A stretch of DNA of 64,000 nucleotides from Octopus sinensis (lineage: Eukaryota), in contig NC_043020.1 in the NCBI RefSeq assembly GCF_006345805.1, forward strand, positions 2,914,001-2,978,000, read 5' to 3'. Both the position numbers and the translations under genes were made by a program. Below the pieces are notes generated by a model. It saw nothing but the letters and a program-made list of their open reading frames with translations, was not told the origin of the DNA and did no database searches. Shown here in pieces: positions 12,753 through 26,105 of this stretch; position 1 is the first letter of the stretch; every line of letters starts with the position of its first letter.

Positions 12753-15444
12753 CTAGAGAGAAAGGGAGAAGTAGGGGAAGGCATATGCATACAGATAACG
12801 TATACGGTATGAAGATGTATGTGTATGTGTGTATATATATACACACACATAAGTATATGCATACATATATACACGTGTGTGTGTAAGTGTACAAAGAAAG
12901 CCTTTATATAAGTAGCAGTGTTGTTGTTGTTGGTGGAAGTTTAGAATAAGATATTCACAGAACATCTTCCTGTGATAAAAATGTGGCTTGACTCAAAGAC
13001 CAAATTTTGGGCAAGATCATTCACCTTTCAGACAATTTTATTTACATTTTTTTTTTTCAGACGTGTGTGCCCACACACACACACACACACACACACACAA
13101 GCACATAATACTTCCAAGCAATTCACTTTAGGTTTATATAATTAATGAGGAAAATGGAAACTGGATTTGGTATGAACCTTTATTCAACACGATGCTCATT
13201 TCAACCCATCCTGCAGCTGCCCCTTACAGGTAGGTTATTGTGCATCTAGTTGTGTTGCATCATGCAGAGCAGTCGGTGTCACCTGAGGCATTTGGTGTAA
13301 TAAGATAATAGTACTACGTATTCTGAGTTCCTCTTGGCATGTTCTACTCGCTTGTTCTACCCACACACTATGAGCACCAAAACATATACACTTAAAATGT
13401 TTCAGTGCTTACAATAAATAACTCATGTCTCACTTCCGTAGAGCAATTACGGCAGAACACGTGTGTTATAAACCTTAACTTTAGTTTGGATAGACATGCT
13501 ATGGTGTGACCAGAGACGCTTGTCAAGCCTACCAAAGGAATCACAATCTTTGCTAATTCTATATGAAATTTCATTACCAAGACCAGGAGTGCTCAGCGTA
13601 CTTCCTAAATATTGTCGAACCAATCCTGGTGCTTTATAAGTGTATCACATGATACAGCAGAAACAGCTGCAAGCCATTGAAGTGCATCCTTTATTCCTTT
13701 CTCATCTCAATGTCTTATTATCGCTCTGTGCTCGACGAATGCTTCATTTGGAAGCATATGTCTATTGAGTTCACCTCACACCAGGTTTTTAGTCTCACGA
13801 TGCCTATTAGTATTGCATGGCTGCCATCCAATGACTGAAACAAGTGACAGACAGACACACACACAAATCTAAAATCCAATGCACAACATTTGAAATTTTG
13901 CCCCCCCCCCCCCCACATTAGTCTTATCCAATTTTGTATCTCAGGAGATTAAAAAAATAAAACAAGAAAAAAATCATGTATGGGCGATGTCCCTCCTACT
14001 TCTCTTCCCCACCACTACCACCATCATAATCTTCATCAAGCAACTGAACAGAATGAAAGATAAAAAACAAAAACAAAAACTGATATCCAACGAACATTCT
14101 CCTTGATATTATTAGAGTATAAATGTTTAATTAGGCAAGTGACAGCTTCAGAGATTGCTGTAGATTTATGAGGTGACAGTTCATGTCTATTTTATCTCCC
14201 TTCTCTCTCTTTATCCCTAAAATTTACCCTGCCCCAACCTGAAACAAATTAGATAACCTTAATCCATGCAGATAAAACTTCCAGGATTTTTTTCTTTTAA
14301 TTGCCTTTATATCCTTTCTCCATCCATTAACCATGGGTGGATGGAAACAGCTGGATATCTCCTTTCCTGGCAATTATCTTCTCAGCTGTGAAGCAGGAAA
14401 GATTGTCTGTTGTTGTTGTTTAGCCCTAGGCTACAGCTAACCCTACGATCAAAGGTGTTCCAGTCTGAAGGGAACATGCAAGTTGCCTCATAAGTTTAAA
14501 GTGAAGTAACTGTTCTTATTTAAGATGAGAGTAACTTATAATTTCCCTGTTAGTTTCAGTGGGGTCAATGACAACCGGCTATATAGAAGCTCCCTCATGA
14601 GTTTGTATTGTTGTTGATGCAGCAACAGCCATCCAAGAATTTGGACCTGGAGTTGTCCATTTCCAGCGACTTCGAGGGTCACCTCCCAGTGGTGTCGGGC
14701 GTCAGCGAAGAGCCCTCAACTACAAGATGACCAAAGTTTCCCCCCCCCCAAGGTCTGGGGTCTCCCACTCCTAAGCCCTAGACTGTCACCCTTACCCGTC
14801 TTGTAGCTGAACAACAACAGTAGTAGTAGTGATGGTGATGATGCTATTACTGTTACTACATTTCTTCTTCCTCTTCTGAGAAGAGTAAGGCTATGACCAC
14901 TGCCAAGTGATCATAGAAGAGTGCCACTTCTGCCTGGCTGGCTATATTCTCCATCAAGCCAACCGACATCTCTCAAAAATAGTCACAACTTGAATGCTAC
15001 CTGTTGGAAGGTGTAAAAAAGGGCAGGCTGAAGATCGTTAGAGAGCAAACATTTCAGGGTGATCTGAAGACAGTCGATATTATGTGGAATGGATGTGCAA
15101 GAGTAGCAGCCAACTGAATCCAGAGGAGGAAGCTTGCTGCCCAATGCACTGAGAAGCACAGAAGGAACTAAAGCTAAGCAGTAGTGGTCAGAAAAGGACC
15201 AAAGGTCCTTTCCAAACCATAGATCCATGAGGCTGGTGTCCTGGATTCTGTGGCATATATATTCACCCCTTGGACAAGATGTCAATCTGTTGTAGGATTA
15301 TTCATTTTTGCCAGCTGAGTGGACTTGAGCAATGTGAAATGAAGTGTTTTGCTCAAGAACACAACACATCACCCAGTCCAGGATTCGAACCACAATCTCA
15401 TGAGTGCAATATCCTAACCACTAAGCCTCACACCTCCACTAAGT

Positions 15445-15645
15445 CAGTGCTTTTCAAACTTTTTGCTGGAGTGGAACCCCAAGGAAACATTCCACTGGCT
15501 TGAGGAACCCCTGTGCAATAATTTAATAGTTTTATGCACACATATCTGCACAGGAGAATTAAAAATTACAGCCGATTTTAGCAGTTTTGTAACTTCTTGC
15601 GGAACCCCTGGACTGTACTGGCTGAACCCTGGTTGAAAACCACTG
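15445..15645. mobile_element. hAT-type MITE
   Basis: TIRs cagtgcttttcaa / ttgaaaaccactg and a perfect 8-bp TSD cactaagt (15437-15444, 15646-15653). Confidence 0.9.
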
Positions 15646-16099
15646 CACTAAGTAGTAGTAGAAGTAGTAGATATCACTTCAGGTCAATCTTGAGTGAAGC
15701 AGATCCATAATCAAAGACATCACAACCATAACGACTTCATTTTCTATTTCAGTAACCCTGATTGCAGATCCTTCTTGTTGGCTCAAAAGAAAACCTGTTG
15801 GGTCAGCTGAGGCCTGTAAAGTGATGAGCCTTGCCCTAAATACAATGTCCGATGCTTTTGAGAATCCTGATTTGGATCTTAACCATCCAGCCACAGCCGG
15901 CTGTAGACAAGTGCAGCACTTATACGTTTTAGGGAGAAAAGAAATCTGAAATTCACTTTACCTCCACAACATAAACCTTAAAATGTCTGCAGGTGAAAAT
16001 AGTCAAGGAATTATTACCAACAACGATCGCTATTTTAACTTCGTCTGCTCTAACGACCCTCCATGTTTGGTTTCCTTGAATGTCTCCACTTTCCTGTTT

Positions 16100-16355
16100 T
16101 TGTTACCAGCTTTGACCCTCCACAAATCCCAAATTTTATTTTGGTTTTTGCAGGAGCAACTGCCTTTGAAGACTCATATTGTTGTTCAATGCTCGACATG
16201 AGGAGTAAATGGACAGCCAACAACTGATGAAGGGTCGTTCTTTATGTTACTTGTCCTGTTTTTTATTTGTTTCTCTTGTTGTTTGTGTATCAATTCATTT
16301 GTTTTTCTATTTCATTTTGTTTACAGTTTGTGACGTCCTGTACCCATATATGCAT
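16100..16355 (+). mobile_element. Short repeat element, copy 1, carrying a permuted hammerhead-like motif
   Basis: Collinear with the reverse complement of 16440-16684 from ttgttacc..ccctccacaaa to cctgtacccatatatgcat. Confidence 0.75.
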
Positions 16356-16439
16356 ACATATATATATATATGTACATATATCTAAAATAATATAAATATA
16401 TACATACATATATGTACATACCTACGTATATATATATAC

Positions 16440-16684
16440 ATGCATATATGGGTACAGGGCATCAAAAAAACGTTGAACACAATGAGAAACGAAAACATAA
16501 AAAAACAAACAGAGAAATGAGACGTGCAACATAAAGAATATTCCCCTTCATCAGTTGTCCCTGTTTCATCTACTCCACGTTTCGAAGGCAAGGACAATAC
16601 GTGACTTCGTTGAAACAGTCCTTCCCGCAAAGCAAATTAAATAAAATTTGGGGTTTTTTTGTGGAGGGTGAAAGCGGTAACAAG
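16440..16684 (-). mobile_element. Short repeat element, copy 2, carrying a permuted hammerhead-like motif
   Basis: Diverged inverted homolog of 16100-16355, separated from it by a TA-rich microsatellite. Confidence 0.75.
16543..16604 (-). ncRNA. Non-circularly permuted hammerhead ribozyme candidate, intact core
   Basis: CACGU-A-UUGUCC ... CCUUC-GAAACGUG ... GGACAA-CUGAUGA-AGGGG. Stems I and III pair fully; stem II pairs with wobbles. Confidence 0.65.
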
Positions 16685-16882
16685 GAGCAATTTTTACCTA
16701 GATTTGGCTGTTATTTGTAGCTGGATGGACTGCCATGTATAAACCCTTTTGTTATTGTAGAGTTGTTGTTATTTAGCCCAGATAAGTTTAGTTTAAGTAA
16801 TACATGATTAAAAACATTCCAGGAGTGGCCAACCATACCTACTTTTATTAAGAAAAGATGTATATAGAATTATAATATTTAA

Positions 16883-17092
16883 CCCTTTCGTTACCAAACT
16901 GGCTCTGGATCTGAGTACAAATGTCTTGTTTTCATAAGTTTTGAATTAAAATCTTCCATCAAACCTTAGTCACAATTTATGTTCCTAACACTAGCTGAAT
17001 GATAACTAAGTTATTTTACTAAATTCTTTGTTATATTTAAAGTAATTAAAAGAAACACAGAACATCTCAAAATAAATACAGTAACGAAAGGG
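16883..17092. mobile_element. piggyBac-type MITE
   Basis: Perfect 12-bp TIRs ccctttcgttac / gtaacgaaaggg flanked by TTAA on both sides. Confidence 0.88.
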
Positions 17093-17469
17093 TTAATGTG
17101 ATGTTGCCTTTTTAAATATGGTAGAATGTAATTTGAGGATCTCCCAGCAGCTTATTCTGATCAGATCAAACAAACTCATAGAGGTTAATTTGTTAGCTTG
17201 CCATTTTGTAATGTTTACAACGATATGGGACTCTCTTGCAACGACCATGATGAAATCAAAAGATATGACACTACTTCCAAAATGTATATACATGTTGTAC
17301 AGTTATCATAAACAATAAGTAAATAAAACCATGTTTACACCACAAGGGAGACATTTCAATTACAGAACAAAATGAACTTCTCTTTTTTCTATTCACTCTG
17401 AAAGTAACTGCATGAGAAACCCCCAAAGACATAACAATGTATATATAATGTATACATAGCAACCTTGCT

Positions 17470-18260
17470 GAGATAGAGATAAAGAAATTGGGTCCAGAAC
17501 TGGGGAGGATAGTTTCGCTTTCAGTAAGCTTTACCATTGGCTTTAGAACAGCCACGGTGTAACATTGAAGGTGGAAGTCAATGTGTATGGGTCAGTGATT
17601 TTGACACCATTGCTTTGTGGTGCTGAATCTTGGACCTTGTTCTGAAAGCACATCAACCAGCTTGATGCTTTTCAGATGAGACGCTTGCATACTTCTCCAA
17701 CATAGAACCGAGTGACCATATTTGTAACCGTGAGGTGCTAACAAAATGCAACGTATCAGGTATTGAAGCCATCCTTATCAATATACAGCTGAGATGGTCA
17801 GGTGTCATCTCTCACTTATGAATGATATCAGAATCCTGAAGCAGCTCCTCTTTGGCCAATTCTCAACAGGAAGGTCAGTTGGAAGGCCACGCTTGTGCTT
17901 CAAAGACAATCTGAAGTGATGAAACATTCCCTTTTCTTCTTAGGAAAAAGAAAGCATTAGAACTCAGGACCTGGCACCAGCTCTGCTTCTCCTTGGCTCA
18001 ACAATTTCAGTGAAGTCAACTCCAACATTGGGAAGATTTCGTGCAAGCATGAAGGACATGCTGGCAAAACACTGCTCCTCTGAATGGAAACCTTACCTGT
18101 CATTGTGGTTTTGTGGCATGAAGCAAAGCAGGCCTTGCCATCCACTCAAGAAAACACACAATAATAAATGATCTTCCAAACACTTAAGGAAACCGAGTCC
18201 TCAACTTGTTCCCTTTGCCAAAAGGTTTGCAAGGCACCAGCAGGCCTCAAGACACTTGTT
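17470..18260 (+). mobile_element. RTE-clade LINE 3' fragment (pseudogenised)
   Basis: Translates as VYGSVILTPLLCGAESWTL..HINQLDAFQMRRL..QLRWSG..KQLLFGQ..GRPRLCFKD, with a distal CxxC (CSLCQKVC) motif. Stops and frameshifts present. Confidence 0.85.
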
Positions 18261-18490
18261 TGTGTCCTGTGTTATGAATATGATCACACGGTTTTATGTT
18301 GGGGATTACCGCTTTATTTTACTGAAACCACATTTGTTGTTCACGAGAGAATCCATTATCATATATATATATATATATATATCTGTAAATAGTCACATAT
18401 TACATTTACAGATGAGCTTCAGTAGGTCCGCTTTGAAGTCTTCCAGATAAATTCCTCTTTCATTCTTTTGTTGTCTTACCATTTTTATCA

Positions 18491-18522
<32 letters not shown>

Positions 18523-21500
18523 TCACAGGCAAATAAGAAACAAGAAAAACAACACAACTCAAAGGGATGTAGAGTGTGTGTGTATATATATATATACAAA
18601 TAGGCAAGCATGGCTGTGTGGTTAGAAGTTTAGCTCCCAACTACATGGTTCTGAGTTCAGTCCCACTGTGTGGTACCTTGGGCAAGTGTCTTCTATTACA
18701 GCCTCAGCCCAATGAATGCCTTGTGAGTGGATTTGGTAGACGGAAACTGAAAGAAGCATGTTGTTTATATATTTGTGTGTGTTTGTGTCTCCTTGTCTTT
18801 ACATCATGTAATAGTTGTAAATGAGCGTCCCTGTTATACAAGCAGTGTCGTTAATTTACTTGGAAACAGGTGAGACTTAGTGACGAGGAGGGGCATCCAA
18901 CCATAGAAAATCTGCCTCAATAAGCTCCATCCGACCCATGCAGAAATGGAAACGTGGACGTTAGACTGATGATAATGATGATATTTTTTAGTCTTTCATT
19001 TGCTTCAGTCACTAGACTGTGGCCATGCTGGGGTCTTAACTTGAAGGCTTTAGTTGAACAACTTGACCCCAGTATTTATTTTGTTACTTCTAAGCCTGGT
19101 ACTTATTGTATCAGCATCTTTTTAACAAACTGCTAAGTTACAGGGACATAAACAAACCAACACCAGTTGTGAAGCAGTGGTGGCAGGGGATAAACACAAA
19201 TATAAAGACACACACACACATTTTTATATATGAGCTTCTTTGAGTTTTCAATGACCAAATTCACTCACAAGGCTTTGGTTGGCCTGAGGCTATAGTAGGA
19301 GACACTTGACCAAGGGGCTACACTTTGGAATGGAACCTAGAACCATGAGGTTGGAAAAGAAACTTCTTACCACACAGTCATGTCTGTGTCTAAAATTAAG
19401 TTGCTGCATAGAATCTACAAAGCCATTTCCCTCAATATTACTCCTCCGCCTCCCAGCTGAAGGTTTCTTTGTCTTGCAGGTTACTTGAATACCCTGTCGG
19501 TGCTGGTGCCAAGTAACTTTAAGATGGATTGAAATCTAAGAATATTTACTCCTTCAAAAAACATCAAAATTATTTATGGTTAATCACTTCATTTTGGTAA
19601 ACGAGTCAATTATAATTTTTCCAAATTGTTCAATTTAGAATCATCAGCATCGTTTAATGTCCACTTTCCATGCTAGCATGGGTTGGATGACTTGACTGAG
19701 GACTGGCAAACCAGATGGCTGCACCAGGCCCCAATCTTGATCTGGCAGAGTTTCTACAGCTGGATGCCCTTCCTAATGCCAACCACTCTGAGAATGTAGT
19801 GGGTGCTTTTTACGTGCCACCGGCACAGGGCCGTTGCATAATATTTTCCAATCAATTGCTGACAATGTGTTGTTGGTCATTGTTGTCAGTAGCATGTACC
19901 TACAGCCAACCAGAGACCAAGGCAAGATTTGTCTGTGCATGTGTGAATCATTATAATTGTCTTAATGTTCGCTTTTCCATGCTTACAGAGTTTATTGAGG
20001 CAGATTCTCTACAGCTGGATGTTCTTCCTGTTGCTAACCCTCACCTCTTTCCGAGTAAAGTATTAATTCACCCCATAGCTAAACATGGTTACAGGGAAGA
20101 CTAGAAATGAGGGAATCCACTATGATGGTGGCACTAGTGCTAATTGTCAAGAGGGGTCACACACACACAACAAGCTTCTTTCAGTTTCAGTCTACAAAAT
20201 TTACTCACAACACTTTTGTCCTCCTGGGGCTTTAATAGAAGTCACATGCCAAAGATTCCACATAATGGAACTGAATCTGAAACCATGTGGTTTTGAAAAT
20301 CTTCCTCACACAGTCGTAAGTCTTTGGACTGCAACCATATTGAGCATTCTGGGGGCTCTGATTCCAGGGGTTTTCTTCAATTGTATCTTGAATTAATTAT
20401 TAATATGGAGTAGATTTGCCCCCATTCTACAAGTCTCCTGGAAAAGGTGTGTGTGTGTGTGGTGGGGAGGAAACATAGATGTAGTTTGATCTTAATACCA
20501 TAGTTCCCTTCACACACACACACACACACACAATGAAAGATAATATTTTTGGAGCAAAACCAAATACATTTTCTGAAACAAGGGTGAAATCATAACAATA
20601 ACAACATTAACAAACAAATAAATATAAAAGTAGAATAAAATCTAGATGGTTCCTTCAGTTCTCAAAACAAGGATCAAAAAGGAAATCTAATTTTGGCACA
20701 AAGCTGCAAATTAGGCAACAAGACATAGCGAATTAGATCCACCTCAGTACATGACTGGTACTTACTCGGTCAACTTTGGAAACCTTTCTGGAATGAACAC
20801 GAAGTTCAACAGATCTTCTCAAGTACTTAACTGGTACTTACAAAGTACCAGAAAGAAATTGTAATTTAGACAAAGGGCCTCAAGTATGGTTGCAGTGTAT
20901 CAGTTTCATTGTTGGACAGATCAACTGCCGTGTTTGATTCATACTTATTTTCACAACCCAGGAAGAAATTCTAACTTAGTTAAGGGGCCACAAATATGGT
21001 GTAGAGTACCAGATAAAAAACATTTTTTTCATTAGAACCATCTCAGCATTTAATTGGTAATTACTTTTAAACAACCCAGGAAGAAATTCTAACTTAAACA
21101 CAACCCAGCCCTCCCCATAAAAGATTTTTGGGGAGATGAGGTATTAATCCCAGCACTTAAAAAAAACCCTCAGCCCTTTCTTTCATTCTCTCTCTTTCTC
21201 TTTCTTTCTTTCTCTCTCTCTCTCTCCCTTCATGTGAAGAACACAAAGTTATTAGGTCAAGTAAGAGAACAGTTTGTAAGAAGATACTGTCAGACAACAC
21301 TGATTCTGGTGGCAAAAATGCCTTGGAGCTCAATTGGGAAGGTGGAGGGGGGGATGAGTTGGAGGTGGTGACAGTGGTGGTGGTGATGTGGTAGTGAGAG
21401 GGAAAGGATAAGGTTGCAAGCAAGGAAAAAAAAACCCTAAAACAGTGCACTGATCCTCCTCCTCCACCACCAGTGACAACAAGAGAACCTTTAAGTGGTA

Positions 21501-22899
21501 GCCTGGTTTGCTTGAAACAGCAGCCAAAAATCTCTTCAATTACAGCCTATCAGTCTTTAAAACAAGGTCACATTGGATAATGTAGTCCAAGGTATACAGT
21601 GGCTCATGAAAAGGCAGAGTGATCACAATTGGAATGTCTTTGATCATGAGTCTGATCAGAACAGACCTGGGGTTAAATAACATGAAAACCACCAGAAATC
21701 TCTGCTCTCATCAACCCTCCCAAGGGAGGAGGAGCCAGAATGGGGCAAGTCAGCAGAAATCGACACTGACTGTTGGATTGGGGATGAGAGAGAGGGAGGA
21801 GAGAGAGAGAGAGGGGAGATAAAGGAGAAAGAGGGAGAGAGAGAAGTAATGATAGAGAACAAGAAAATTGGAAAGAGAGAATGAGAAAAAGTAATGAAAA
21901 AGAGAGAGAAAATGAAAGAAGAAATAAAAGAAAGAATAAAAAGATTATGTTTAAGAAAAAGGAAATAAAATATAAACAATAGGAGAGACCACTATGTGGA
22001 TCCCTTGTATGCTAAAAATAGATGTCAACCCTCTTACCACAAAATCTGTGTTCTCAAATTAGCAAGATTACAAACAAAAAATTCCACCGTTGCCACCACT
22101 GTTGTGGCTGCCACTAATGCCCCCATCACCACCATCTTTGCAGCTCATAATGATTTCAATTGAATCCAAATATATCCCCAATTTACTGTTTTGTTTTCAC
22201 AAACCCCAAAAATCTTATATGGTTCCGCCCAGGGGTCATATGAACCCTGCTTGAGCTCCACTGCCCTAGATCAACTCTGCTTGAACAGATGACCAAAGTG
22301 AAAGATAAACAATACACACACACACACACACACACATGATCAGCTCATTTTTTTTTTTTGTGTTAAAAGTATCTTGGAGTTTGTGAAGGAGATGGGATTA
22401 AATGTTCATTAATGGGAAAAGATATGGAAGGAATGCTACCAAAGAGTAAGAGCCATTCTGGAAACCAAGCTCAATGCCACAAAAAAAGAAAACTGAGGCC
22501 ATAAGCACATTGGCCATGCCTATAATCATGTACAACTTCAATATTATAAACTGGTCTCTCTCTGAGATCAGCAAAGTTAATGTCAAAATACGAAAGCTGA
22601 TGACAACGTGTCATAAGTATTGGTGAAAAGCAGATTCAGACTGAATATATGTCCCAAGAAAAGAAAGCAGTTGGGGTTCAATACAAGCCAAACTTTCATT
22701 GAAAATTGCAACCACGGGACTTTCTAGCTAAAGAGCTGGTTCTGAAACGTGAAGCTACCAAAACTATGCCTCCAAGAAATGCAAGTAGAGGAACCAGTAT
22801 CTCCAGTCAGCATCTCCCTCTCCATCCTCTCTGTTTCAAGTGTAACTTGGAAAAGTCAATGAGGATTCTATCAAAGAGGAATGTCTGAGTTCTTGAACC

Positions 22900-23450
22900 T
22901 TATCCACCAGACAACCACTTTTGCCAAAGTCACCAGAAAACTGTCTTACCTGCCTAATTAAATGAGGCAGGCAGGACAATCATCACTATGGACTTGGCCG
23001 ATAGACAGATCCATCCCACATGAAACAGCAGCTATTTGACCTACTCCACAAGTCAGAAAATTCCCAGACATCGAACGACTGCATGTAGAATGGTATCATC
23101 ACTTTGCATGCATCTTGAATGAGCCCATCTAACAGCACATTGATGCCTTTAGAGTTTATCTCAAACCAGTAGCACCCCTCCATAGCACTGCCAGGCCAAG
23201 GACTTCTGGGAATTATCCATGGTAGTTCCTGACCAGAAAGTCCACTGGAACAGATTAGCCACTTCATTTTTTGTTTTATACCCAGTCTTCCTGAGAATGT
23301 TGTCACACTTCCCCTCCACTAATCCTCTACAGATTGCCAAAGTGAAATGTCGACTGATCCCATTGCTCATCTGGGGGAGGGTGGCAAGTGCCTGGCAACA
23401 TTCTGGATACTAGGCACCCAGTCTTGGTTTTTCCTTCACTCAAAACTGCA
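22900..23450 (-). mobile_element. L1/Tx1-like LINE ORF2 C-terminal fragment
   Basis: MDNSQKSLAWQCYGGVL resembles the zf-RVT region of Tx1-like ORF2; heavily decayed. Confidence 0.5.
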
Positions 23451-23715
23451 GCTCCATCAAGGTGAGGATCTGTGGAAAGACCTGTTGCACAAACAGTGCT
23501 CATACACATCCATAGTCTAGGAATTATTGCAGGTGGCACGACCTCAGCGCATGTCTGTATATTAGCAGCCATTGCATGCCTTAAGCAACCTCATACAGAG
23601 GTTGCTGGCAGTTGACAGGACATGAGAGACCCTACCTGTGGTGTGTGTACAGGAGTAGTGATCCCTTGAAACACCAGTAAAGTGTAATGTTTGGGAGGCC
23701 CTACAAAAGTGGTTG

Positions 23716-24162
23716 TTAGCTTCTCTGACCTAATCAGCAGTGGGGAGGGTATACTGAAAGATGCATGGGCCACAATTATATTAGGGTGGAAAAATTCCAG
23801 TGAATTGTTACTTTTGGTGAGAAGAAAGGGATTCTCTCTGAGTGAAGTGAAAATTGTACAATGTTTGTCTATGATCCATAATGCTGCATGGCAATGATAT
23901 GTGGCCACTGAATGCAGAGAGTGTGCAAAATTTGGAAGGAAATGAGATATGATCTGCTGGATGTGTAGTGTTGCTGTGCTTGAAATCACAGCATAGATAA
24001 GCTGAGAGAAAAACTAGGCATAAGAGGAATCGATTGTAGTGAACAAGAGGAATGGTAGTGTTGGTATGAGTATGTGAAAGAAGGTTCGCCAGTCCTCAAT
24101 CAAATCGTCCAATCCATGCTAGCATGGAAAGCGGATGTTAAACGATGATGATGATGATGATG
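23716..24162 (+). mobile_element. RTE-like LINE fragment followed by (GAT)n-ending tail
   Basis: GWKNSSELLLLVRRKGFSL..MLHGNDMW..MICWMC is RTE-like. Ends in ccatgctagcatggaaagcggatgttaaacgatgatg, a tail shared with SINE family C. Confidence 0.7.
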
Positions 24163-24691
24163 AATCATCACAATGATAAATTTGTGTGTACATATATCTA
24201 TATATGGGCATGTGTATATTATATACATTTACAATTATTTAGAAGGTGCAGACATGGCTATGTGGTAAGAAGCTTGCTTCCCAACCATATGGTTTTTGGT
24301 TCAATCCCACTGCATGACACCTTGGGCAAGTGACTTCTACTATGGCCTTGGGCCAACCAAGGCCTTACGAGTGGATACAGTGGATGGAAACTGAAAGAAG
24401 CTTAAACCCTTTGAGGTGGTGCTCCAGCATGGCTGCAGTCAAATGACTGAAACAAGTAAAAGATAAAAAAAATGCACACACACACACACACGCATGCAAT
24501 ATACACACACTTGCAAACATATATATGTATAAAAACATATATGTATATACACGCAGATAGAAACATATGCGTAGTGTGTGTGTGTAAACAAAGATACAAA
24601 CGCACATATAACTTTCATCGCACACATGGTTTGCTGTTTAGAGTATATGTTTATTCCATGAGGAATAGATAAAGATATATATATATATACA

Positions 24692-24738
<47 letters not shown>

Positions 24739-25279
24739 GTAGATATATATATATATATACATGTACATATATATATATATATACACACACACACATGTAC
24801 ATTATATATATACATGTACATATATATATATATACACACACACAAATATATATTAAAAAATGAAAAGGTTGTTGCATAATAGTTTTAACTTTCTTTAAAA
24901 ACAAACGATTTGTAGTAACGATATTATGTATCATGTAATTAATTTTATGTTTGTAAATTGGAAACAAGATAGGAGGGTGTGTATGGGGGGCAGGGGACGG
25001 GCACTTACAATTAATGTCTTGTTTTGGGGGTTTTGAACAGAGGACATCTGAACTTAAGTTTTATATTCTGGTAATTCTTTCACTACTGCAACTAGTACCA
25101 CTACCATCACCACTACTACCGCCACAGCAATATCATAACCACCATCAGCATGAACATCACAGTTGCTCTTCTTCATAGACAGATTAAAATAAGATTAAAC
25201 AGAAATAGTATACACCCACACACACATATATATATACATGCATTGCTTTACACACTGATAAATAACAAGTGCTGCATCT

Positions 25280-25843
25280 GTTATGATGAGGAGGGTTCCA
25301 GTTGATCCGATCAATGGAACAGCCTGCTCAGGAAATTAACATGCAAGTGGCCGAGTACTCCACAGACATGCGTACCCTTAACATAGTTCTCAAGGCATTT
25401 CATTGGTTATGATGATGAGGGTTCCAGTCAATCCCATCGATGGAACAGTCTGCTCATGAAATTAACATGCAAGTGGCCGAGTACTCCACAGACACGCGTA
25501 CCCTCAACATAGTTCTCAAGGCATTCCATTGGTTATGACCATGAGGGATCCAGTTGATCCGACCAACAGAACAGCCTGCTCATGAAATTAATGTGCAAGT
25601 GGCCGAGTACTCCACAGACATGCGTACCCTTAATGTAGTTCTCAGGGAGATTCCACATGACACAGATTGTGACAAGGCTGGCCCCTTTGAAATGCAGGTA
25701 CAACTCATTTTAGCCAGTTGAGAGGGCTGGAGCAATGTGAAATAAAGTGTCTTGCTGAAGGACATAACAAGTTTCTGAGAATCGAACTCATAACATTATG
25801 ATCCTCAGCTGAATACCTTAACCACTAAGCCACGTGCCTTCAC
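25280..25843 (-). mobile_element. tRNA-derived SINE with triplicated 126-bp 3' segment
   Basis: Head with A box (tggcttagtgg) and B box (gttcgattc) near 25843-25780. Repeat units start at 25280, 25406 and 25532. Confidence 0.8.
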
Positions 25844-26105
25844 TATAAATATCACACACACATACATGTATTGTATTTTGCCTGGTGGGTTGCAGTTCAG
25901 GCTCATGATCATAAGATTGTAGGTTCAATTCTTGGACTTGACTGCAAAAACGTATGCCAGTCAAGTGTTGCTACAACCATCTGCCAATAGCTGTCAGCTC
26001 CTGGATGTTCTGTAGAGTCAAAGACAGGCAAAACCGAAGCAGAACCATATTTCTGTTCAAACATTGATTTTGTTTCAGTTCATTTTAAAAATAATGAACA
26101 ACTTG

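Noticed and set aside
13620-13680. gcagaaacagctgc resembling the hammerhead at 744-858
   Set aside because: The CUGANGA box is lost (cctggtgc) and the cleavage triplet is altered; too decayed to call.
25280-25655. CRISPR-like array
   Set aside because: No unique spacers; the units are SINE tail copies in animal DNA.
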